This document shows positions 58,001 through 64,000 of a DNA stretch of 64,000 nt, in pieces. The position numbers and the translations under genes were made by a program. Where the stretch lies: positions 224,001-288,000 of the forward strand of contig JBGAHS010000008.1 in assembly GCA_044226015.1 (NCBI GenBank), in the 5' to 3' direction. Every line of letters starts with the position of its first letter. Positions within the stretch are counted from its first letter, which is position 1. The DNA is from Candidatus Obscuribacteraceae bacterium. GTDB lineage: Bacteria; Cyanobacteriota; Vampirovibrionia; Obscuribacterales; Obscuribacteraceae. The notes below the pieces were generated by a model, which did not search any database, had not been told where the DNA came from, and worked only from the letters and a program-made list of their open reading frames with translations.

Positions 58001-61000
58001 CAGAACCGCCACCATAGAAGCCGCCGCCACCGCCGGAAGCACTGCTGCTCACAGCACCGCCACCACCACCGAAGCTACCACCGCCAGAGTAATATCCAGA
58101 AGCACCTCCACCCGCTGCTAGCACAGGACCATCAATTTGCAAGTCGGAAGAAGCTGATACATTGATTGCTCCAGCGGCTCCGCCACCATTGTAGAATGCA
58201 CCGGCTCCACCGCCAGAGACATTGATATCTCCAAGAACTTTAACAGTACCAGCACTAGAGCTAACTCCAATACTTCCGCCGCTGCCACCAGAACCACCAT
58301 AGTAGCCAGAGCCACCACCACCGCCACCACCATAGCTACGCAGATAGCCGGTTTGAACATCTGAGAGAGCCGTTATACTCAAGGTGCCGCCGTTTCCACC
58401 AGCTTGACCTTGACCGGACGGAACTCCGATGCCGCCAAGTCCAGATAGATCAATATTTGATGTTGCCACTTTTCCTGAAGAACTTGCTAGTGTGACACTG
58501 CCACTCGGCAATTGGACAGCACCGCTTATGGTGACGCCACTAGAGCCATTCAAGTTAAGAGCTCCATAGAGCGCTGTTGTGTTGACTCCGTTGAAGCTAA
58601 TCAGACCTCCAGTATTTACGGTCAAATTCGCACTACTTGCGTTTGCATTAATAGACATTCCATTCATCGTCACATCTTGAGATGTCGCGACATTAAGAAC
58701 GAATCTTCCGCTTGAAACGTTTACAACAAGTTGTGGAACTGTCACAACTCCTGTCGGAGAGAGGTAATCGAGGTTGACAGTTTGTCCAGCCGGACCGTAG
58801 AGAACAATTTTGCTTGTTCCAGGGTTGCTAGAGAAGCTGAGTGTTCCACCAGAGCTTTGAATTCCTCCAGCGAGGGAGGACGAACTAGCATTCAGCAAGC
58901 TAATGTTGCCCGCAACTAGTGACGAGTCTGCAAATGGAGAAGCTGATAGAGCGCCGCCAAAAGCACTACCAATAGTCTTGGACACCGTTATGCTGCTACC
59001 AGATAAGCTAATCGAACCGTTGTTATTGATCTGCGCAACAGTGTTGGAATCAGCACCACCGATACCGAATGCAGTGCCACCACCACCAGTTCCGAATGAA
59101 CCGGCAGTTCCACCGTCACCGGCAGCGCCACCACCAAAGATGCCACCGCCAGAACCAGCAAGAATACCAGCATTAGTACCTGAGCCACCTCCATAGAATC
59201 CGCCTCCGCCAGCACCGGCATTTCCGCCAGCAGCAGAGCCGCCACCTCCACCGAACGCACCGGCACCTGTCCATCCAGCATTTCCACCACCTGCAGCCAG
59301 GACTGGTCCATCGACTGTAAGTTTATTGCTAGCACTGAGTGTCACATTACCGCCACTTCCGCCGGCATTTGCGTAACCGCCTGCTCCACCGCCAGAGACG
59401 TTAATATCGCCAGAGACCGCAATGTTGCCTCCCGAGGTATTAGCATTTATGGTGCCGCCACTTCCGCCAGTACCACCGTAAGTACTGCTTCCTCCTCCAC
59501 CGCCACCACCGAAGGCTCGCAAATATGATGTGTTGATATCAGCGCCTGCTTGCAAGCTAATGGTTCCGCCATTACCGCCAGCTCCGCCACCAGCGTACAA
59601 ACTTGTGGCACCAGCTCCGCCCAAGCCAGACACGTTAATGTTCTTGGTGCTAATAGCACCCTGGGTGATCAAGCTTACCGTTCCAGATGGCAGAATGATA
59701 TCGCCGCTAACATTAATACCAAGCTGACCCTTGAGATTTACCGCACTGGAAGCAGCTGTTGAAGACACTCCAGCAAAGCTAATGTCACCACCAGTGGTTA
59801 CATTGAAAGAGCCTGCCTTGTTGAAGGTCAAAGTTCCAACATTGATGTTTTGATTAGCAGCTGTCACCAGCGAAACAGTCGCGGAAGGAACCATGAACTC
59901 GAACTGAGCTAAATTGAGGTTTCCGCTGCCGGTGTAATCTAGATTTAGTGACATTCCAGCTTGTCCGTAAAGGACAATCTTGTTTGGCAGTGAGCTGCTT
60001 GCGAAACTGAAGGTTCCGCCAGAGCTTTGAATATCACCCGCGATGCTTGTAGTGCCGGTGTTAAGCAGCGAGATATTAGATGCGACAATTGAAGATTTGG
60101 CAAACGGCGAGCTCGCCATTTGTGCACCATATCCTGTTTCAATTGTCTTAGATACCGTAATGCTCGTGCCACTTAAGCTGATGGAACCGTTGCGTCCACT
60201 CTGAGCAGCGCTTGAAGCATCAGTTCCGCCCACGCCAAAGACACCGCCATTAGCACCACCACCGACACCATAAGCTCCAGCTGCTCCGCCGTCGCCAGCT
60301 GCGCCAGCTCCGAGGAATCCACCTCCGAGACCACCGCTTGTGTCAGTAAACCAGGTTCCGGTTGAGCCGCCACCGTAGAAGCCGCCACCACCACCGCCAC
60401 CAGTGTTACCTCTGGCTCCGCCGCCACCACCGAAGCTTCCGCCACCGCTTGTACTACCACCGTCGCCACCGCCTGCGGCTAAAACTGGTCCGTCAATCGT
60501 CACCGCACCTGTAGAGGTGACATTCACGGCGCCTCCAGAGCCTCCTGGTCCGTAATATGCGCCGCCACCACCACCAGAGACGTTTATGTCGCCTTGAACA
60601 GTTACCGCTCCAGTTCCTGCTTTAAGCGTCACAGTGCCACCACTACCACCGGATGGTCCCCAGAATTGGCTTGAAGAAGCACCAGCTCCGCCACCACCGT
60701 AGGCGTGCAGATAACCGGTTGTGATGCCAGCTGCAGGTGCATAGGTTTGCAGACTAATGCTTCCAGCAGCTGCGCCGCCTGCTTGAGAAACGGCTCCACC
60801 AAGTCCAGAAACATCGATATTCTTAGTTGTAATCGAGCCAAGATTGCTAGTCAGTGTTACCGACGCACTTGCCAGCCGCAGATCACCAGTTAGAGTGACG
60901 CCATTGTCAGCAGAGAGGTTGAAAGTACTTCCTGCCGCGCTACTACTATTAGTGCCTGCCGCGCTAATAGTGCCAGTTGTGTTTGCAAAGAATGCACCAG

Positions 61001-64000
61001 CCTGATTAAACTGAATGACTCCAATATTTATGTCCTGGTTGACCAGCGCATTGACCCTGACGGTATCATTGCTGGCTTTATAAACGACCTCTGGAACTGT
61101 AATAATTCCAGCATTTGGAAAATTCAAATATATTGTTTGACTAGATGGTCCGTAGGCAACGACTTTGCTAGATGGACTGTTCATCGAGTAGGTGATAGTT
61201 CCACCAGTGCTTTGAGTGTCGCCCGCAATAGTGAGAGATGTAGCGTTGTTGAAAGTGATATTAGAGCCAGCAATTGCCACGTCAGCGAATGGAGATGCAG
61301 CAAATGCACCTGAGAATGCAGTGCCGATATTTTTGGCAACAGTGATGGAACTACCACCGAGAGTGATAGCACCACTTCGTCCCGACTGACCTGCGTCTCC
61401 TGCGCCAGCGCCACCGACACCGAAAGCAGCTCCGCCTCCGCCGGTTCCGAAAGAACCAGCAACGCCACCGTCACCTGCGATGCCGCCACCAGCAATTCCT
61501 CCTCCTCCTCCTCCTGTAATATCTAGAGGTCCGCTGCCTGTCGAGCCACCACCATAGAAGCCACCGCCACCACCACCTCCAGTAGAATATCTGGCACCGC
61601 CACCACCTCCGAAGCTTCCTCCACCAGAGTAGTTATTTCCATCACCACCGCCAGCGGATAGCACAGGTCCGTCAACTATTAGAGTTGCACCGGCATTGAT
61701 GCTGATCGAACCTCCAGTTCCGCCACCACCATATGCAGCGCCACCACCACCTCCAGAGCTATTTACGTCTCCGTTAACATTCACGGCTCCAGCAGACGCT
61801 GTTACTGTAATTGAACCACCAGCACCACCGGGGGGCGCCCAGAAATCAGGGGAGTTAACGCCCGAACCGCCTCCGCCAAACGAGCGCATATAGCCAGTTA
61901 CAATGTCTCCAGTTCCGACACCAGCATAGGTCGATAGAGTGATGGAACCACCGTTACCGCCAGCTGCAGCGTTTACTCCGCCCTTACCAGAGACATCGAT
62001 GCCAGCAGTGTGAATGCCACCCAAATTGCTAGTCAGCGCCACAACTCCACTTGCCATTCTAATGTCACCGGATATGGTGATTCCAGCATCGCCAGAAAGA
62101 TTGAATGTGTTTCCAACGCTATTCAGCTCAAGGGCGCCTGCTGATGAAATCTTGCCGCTTGTGCTTGCATAGAAGGCACCATACTGGCTGTAGCTTACTG
62201 TACCTATATTGATGTTCTGTCCAGCAAGCCCATTTACTCTTGCAGTGAAGCTAGACGATTTGAATTCAATCTGTGGAATTGTAATTGCTCCAGCATTCGG
62301 GAAATTCAGGTACACGGTGTTGGGCGCACCATAGAGAACGACTTTGCTTGTCGGAGCATTCATTGAATATGTTATGGTTCCGCCACTGCTTTGTGTATCT
62401 CCCGCAATTGTTAGAACACTTGCGTTGTTGAACGAAATATTTCCACCAGCAATGGACAAGTCAGCAAACGGTGACGAGGCAAAAGCGCCTGCAAAACCCG
62501 TGCCAATTGTCTTACCAACTGTTATGGAAGTACCAGCAAGAGTGATTGAGCCATTTCGTCCAGATTGTCCAGCATTGCCTGCACCAGTTCCGCCGACACC
62601 AAACAGTGCGCCGCCACCACCGGTGCCGTAGCTTCCTGGAAGTCCTCCGCTACCAGCGACTCCTCCACCGTTTATGCCACCGCCACCAGCACCCAGCAAA
62701 TCGAGAGGTCCAGTACCTGTAGAGCCACCACCATAGAAGCCTCCACCACCGCCACCACCAGTTTGAGCTCTCGAGCCACCGCCACCGCCAAAGCTACCAC
62801 CGCCTGAATAATTACTAGCGTCTCCACCACCAGCGGAAAGTACTGGTCCATCGATGATCAATGTAGTGGCTGCATTTATGTTTATGGTGCCACCATAACC
62901 GCCACCAGCATACGCGGCACCAGCACCGCCACCAGAGTTATTTACGTCACCGTTGATTGTGACGCTTGCTGCAGACGCCGTGACGGTTATACTGCCTCCA
63001 CTACCACCGCCTGGTCCCCAAAAATCAGGAGAATTTACACCCGAGCCACCGCCACCATATGCGCGCAAGTACCCTGTCACGATATCACCAACACCTGGTC
63101 CAGCGTAGGTACGTAAATTGATAGAGCCACCGCTACTTCCGCCAGCAGCATTTGTTCCGCCTTTTCCAGACACATCAATATTGGCGGCTTGAATAGCACC
63201 AAGATTGCTTGTCAGGTTCACTGCGCCGCTAGCCAATTTGACGTCACCGGTCAGATAGACTCCAGCATCTCCAGAAAGATTGAATACGTTATTGCTTGTA
63301 TTCAGCTCAACAGCACCAGCTGAGAAGATCTTGCCACTTGTACTGGCGTAGAATGAACCCGGCTGCACAAAGCTAAGAGTGTTGATGTTGATATTTTGTC
63401 CAGCCAGACCATTTACGTTAACTGTAAAATTAGGTGATTTATTTTCCAACTGCGGAACTGTTATCAAACCAGCATTTGGAAAGTTTATGTTCACCGTTGA
63501 AGGAGGACCATACAAGACAACCTTACTCGTCGGAGTATTCATAGAATATGTAATGGTTCCACCAGAAGTTTGGGTGTCGCCTGCGATGTTCAGAACGGAA
63601 GCATTATTGAATGTGATGCTGCCACCAACAATCGAGTCACTTGCAAAAGGCGATGAAGCGAATGCACCTGAGAATCCTGTGCCGATGGTTTTGGAAACCG
63701 TAATGTTACTGCCTCCCAAGATTACAGATCCATTACGACCTGACTGTCCGGCATTCGGCGCACCGTTTCCACCAACGCCAAAGACAGCACCACCAGCGCC
63801 CATTCCATATTGCCCAGGAGTTCCTCCATCTCCGCCCTTGCCACCGCCTGTAATACCGCCGCCATCAGCCCCAGAAACGTCCAATACTCCATTGCCTGTA
63901 GAGCCGCCTCCATAGAGTCCGCCTCCGCCAGCGCCACCGACCGAGCCACGAGCACCACCTCCACCGCCAAAGCTGCCTCCGCCGGATGAGCCACTAGCGT
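52044..64000 (-). CDS. Giant (>3980 aa, 5'-truncated by window edge) adhesin-like protein with Gly-rich repeats, a beta-strand repeat stalk and a FecR-like C-terminal domain
   Basis: Track ORF 52044-63884 begins at an internal TTG. The frame stays open to the edge (ASGSSGGGSFGGGGGARGSVGAGGGGLYGGG...). Confidence 0.95.
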   Translation of the reverse strand, partial: ASGSSGGGSFGGGGGARGSVGGAGGGGLYGGGSTGNGVLDVSGADGGGITGGGKGGDGGTPGQYGMGAGGAVFGVGGNGAPNAGQSGRNGSVILGGSNITVSKTIGTGFSGAFASSPFASDSIVGGSITFNNASVLNIAGDTQTSGGTITYSMNTPTSKVVLYGPPSTVNINFPNAGLITVPQLENKSPNFTVNVNGLAGQNININTLSFVQPGSFYASTSGKIFSAGAVELNTSNNVFNLSGDAGVYLTGDVKLASGAVNLTSNLGAIQAANIDVSGKGGTNAAGGSSGGSINLRTYAGPGVGDIVTGYLRAYGGGGSGVNSPDFWGPGGGSGGSITVTASAASVTINGDVNNSGGGAGAAYAGGGYGGTININAATTLIIDGPVLSAGGGDASNYSGGGSFGGGGGSRAQTGGGGGGGFYGGGSTGTGPLDLLGAGGGGINGGGVAGSGGLPGSYGTGGGGALFGVGGTGAGNAGQSGRNGSITLAGTSITVGKTIGTGFAGAFASSPFADLSIAGGNISFNNASVLTIAGDTQSSGGTITYSMNAPTSKVVLYGAPNTVYLNFPNAGAITIPQIEFKSSSFTARVNGLAGQNINIGTVSYSQYGAFYASTSGKISSAGALELNSVGNTFNLSGDAGITISGDIRMASGVVALTSNLGGIHTAGIDVSGKGGVNAAAGGNGGSITLSTYAGVGTGDIVTGYMRSFGGGGSGVNSPDFWAPPGGAGGSITVTASAGAVNVNGDVNSSGGGGGAAYGGGGTGGSISINAGATLIVDGPVLSAGGGDGNNYSGGGSFGGGGGARYSTGGGGGGGFYGGGSTGSGPLDITGGGGGGIAGGGIAGDGGVAGSFGTGGGGAAFGVGGAGAGDAGQSGRSGAITLGGSSITVAKNIGTAFSGAFAASPFADVAIAGSNITFNNATSLTIAGDTQSTGGTITYSMNSPSSKVVAYGPSSQTIYLNFPNAGIITVPEVVYKASNDTVRVNALVNQDINIGVIQFNQAGAFFANTTGTISAAGTNSSSAAGSTFNLSADNGVTLTGDLRLASASVTLTSNLGSITTKNIDVSGLGGAVSQAGGAAAGSISLQTYAPAAGITTGYLHAYGGGGAGASSSQFWGPSGGSGGTVTLKAGTGAVTVQGDINVSGGGGGAYYGPGGSGGAVNVTSTGAVTIDGPVLAAGGGDGGSTSGGGSFGGGGGARGNTGGGGGGGFYGGGSTGTWFTDTSGGLGGGFLGAGAAGDGGAAGAYGVGGGANGGVFGVGGTDASSAAQSGRNGSISLSGTSITVSKTIETGYGAQMASSPFAKSSIVASNISLLNTGTTSIAGDIQSSGGTFSFASSSLPNKIVLYGQAGMSLNLDYTGSGNLNLAQFEFMVPSATVSLVTAANQNINVGTLTFNKAGSFNVTTGGDISFAGVSSTAASSAVNLKGQLGINVSGDIILPSGTVSLITQGAISTKNINVSGLGGAGATSLYAGGGAGGNGGTISLQAGADINTSYLRAFGGGGGGGSSTYGGTGGSGGTINANTSGGNIAVSGDINVSGGGAGGYANAGGSGGNVTLSASNKLTVDGPVLAAGGGNAGWTGAGAFGGGGGSAAGGNAGAGGGGFYGGGSGTNAGILAGSGGGIFGGGAAGDGGTAGSFGTGGGGTAFGIGGADSNTVAQINNNGSISLSGSSITVSKTIGSAFGGALSASPFADSSLVAGNISLLNASSSSLAGGIQSSGGTLSFSSNPGTSKIVLYGPAGQTVNLDYLSPTGVVTVPQLVVNVSSGRFVLNVATSQDVTMNGMSINANASSANLTVNTGGLISFNGVNTTALYGALNLNGSSGVTISGAVQLPSGSVTLASSSGKVATSNIDLSGLGGIGVPSGQGQAGGNGGTLSITALSDVQTGYLRSYGGGGGGGSGYYGGSGGSGGSIGVSSSAGTVKVLGDINVSGGGAGAFYNGGGAAGAINVSASSDLQIDGPVLAAGGGASGYYSGGGSFGGGGGAVSSSASGGGGGFYGGGSAGASGVRGGGGGGMLAGGAAGDFGLAGSLGSGGGGAVFGVAGGSDSNNAGVTGGGSITLSGNTVSVTKTIGTAYGPSTSASPNPFTTSPFAKYSIFAGVGGSVNITSPGASGPGSAAYFADADFSSNSKTNSADIKSGFFGVGFVTAANGVGTAGGINAGNSIMINGNAAPSSDINNIIFTSGVSGGSVTIMEGGSPRAINAGTLITPAEWVAIMQSASGTQNLILNASGQASGGSLIITDGNFPTTNSGKFASLLVPASVTANVLTTTLLPVTDKATINGTLNFNALSSGIAGGLSTVNGITSGGSGQLNVLSNGQLSLNATKGDLGSSGLPLNVNAGKLIISSAGSAYINNSSSSPVLLGASSADNFSLTAAAGIVSDGNSTFTGALTLKADSITVFSGNTLTGKSITFTGLTVNGTKGAGTNMNLLNNGDLIATAGNIEIDSASGQDLVVGGDGTGKFYASDSNRINIIASNNSLAKVYPSLYFNASQGFIFNGTSPAGTVNLTANGSMSSSVTLEANVTLDFPTDNSTVNVNTCNIVLNGSGGSQGKFDLHGNPGSQLIFNCPFKGTIANSTGPLDLNGMSLQFSGAKLALLSAGDIVNTGAAATLDLSNASGDGGALVMIAGFKFSPATSGTIGPNGVLYTLNADPNSGSGSILLGQSGHEVNVDTSGSGAGGNMLAVAHGGSVELGTVTTSGGSGTSGNVTVMGNGVKIVGISTAASDLDKSGTVTISSGVVTQTGALPVQISGGLVIQGTFQVASTDLGGKVDLGTVNAGRASIAVSTNGSAGLITVKGAPVAHKLSLLAGTGIINIAGVGNSLTVVPDLSGNGGAIDLSAANVLTATPSSPLVMNALGSGMDTGGAVTYTRNDSSPFTLNSSVLQVNASGKNGGTFAFSTAGNLTVTPSALMLNLGPNSGSGGKGASMTFKAGVPIGSLPAASSTLLVDGNLSANGDGSGAAGSIFLSSNNASTFLLGEKSTSKATNAVRGNLSFTGAPGTGSLTIVNSGGGITAGAQLLDMGSISLSTLGSSAGTITLGKSTGTALSKTIDLSTGGSGKIVSAGTIQAANVNLNTGAAGISLKVNTGKLTANSSGVVNVTNLGTSALTLGASSATGATATFTISTAGDISSGNISAGKGITLKTTAKNGAISLNGNLLTTQTGASITMATTGTGLFTASAGSISSDKVSITSAAGITLNAGVTAPVSLTLSAVKGDITVGSAPLTSANGTIAITALTNITSSAPISALKSVALTTTATSGVLRSSGNIVASNGTVMLKSGASAAVNAIDTSGADISAAKSVTFSAVKGGVIAGSIGKVQAADKVIVTSFNNITLGDQINGLTGITVSSSSTLASTGNITISGGMNLSSPNGVITVTSNGSSKIIDKAAASSITGASITFNSAADLLMDASMSASKALTLNSKAGSISLGNASKLSASAGTVAITAMNNLFANGSISADKSVTLKTTLGNPANSMSVGNVSVANGPININSFGGPLSVLPGSTIQVGSPSAKASTGSITIADSNPVSGASIDIGAGSTIATYVAIPSKTNGTISVFIGKAPSAPVVGSNTTAITVSGSSGTAYWGANGIDPASTGTISLQGANVIFNTGDLPAQSIKVNSTTFIADPPIVAAHLTTKAVIAQPVTFAPAAGPITSAHVLTRDNRPMYTGTQALPNLYVHPTTADDAIVSSGSYVYNLNTSTADSRGVVKTASSLLASNRFSLDANREFNTDVGNTSVGADATTGVNTCVEADASVGASARVDANAITFENSSAIAKFASTAFGVESLAFCTDAEPAAFSNVHALPLRSITTLTEGSVLLAPLHDVQVVTPVGRVFLKANTLVLVSASRDTLAVHNFDDHSKTGVTVESCGHTMLLSPGRHVTVSTDNSEFAKLNLMPEIAHRKLMRRALENGMWVHTSEFAIPTAIRAVKPLSEIVASKDPAARKISARLAKTAAILMIMNGNRDVYKMYTDPDNIHEISAYANVSR
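57700..64000 (-). repeat. 393-aa (1179-nt) intragenic glycine-rich repeat, five full periods plus a partial one
   Basis: (F/L)YGGG anchors at 63912, 62733, 61554, 60375, 59193 and 58014, with spacings 1179, 1179, 1179, 1182 and 1179. Confidence 0.95.

Noticed and set aside
52305..63994. + strand and alternate-frame ORFs, including poly-Pro ones, over the second giant gene
   Set aside because: They are shadows of the Gly-rich minus-strand ORF and have no independent motifs.

Overview
Bacterial genomic window. The gene content suggests a non-photosynthetic Cyanobacteriota relative (Melainabacteria/Obscuribacterales-like), but that is inference only. Two giant low-complexity, probably secreted proteins on the minus strand dominate the window. 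The first is a single uninterrupted ORF from ATG 26850 running off the left edge (at least 8950 aa). The ORF track misses it because it has no stop in the window, and the many + strand ORFs at 1-26.7 kb are its antisense shadows. The second runs from beyond the right edge to stop 52044 (more than 3980 aa) and carries 393-aa glycine-rich repeats plus a FecR-like C-terminal domain with no beta-barrel. The two giants share several family-specific modules. Between them lie an orphan cheB, a membrane Ser/Thr kinase, a metallophosphoesterase, an rbp plus delta-9 desaturase pair, an ATLF-like Zn peptidase, prfC and a histidine kinase with a duplicated sensor module. There is also a non-coding 5 x ~65-bp double-hairpin tandem array and, about 375 bp downstream of it, a tightly coupled five-gene isocyanide biosynthetic operon (IsnA/PvcA, IsnB/PvcB, FAD monooxygenase, MFS exporter, ATP-grasp ligase). 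No rRNA, tRNA, true CRISPR array or transposase was recognised. All family assignments come from motif recognition by eye, not database searches.
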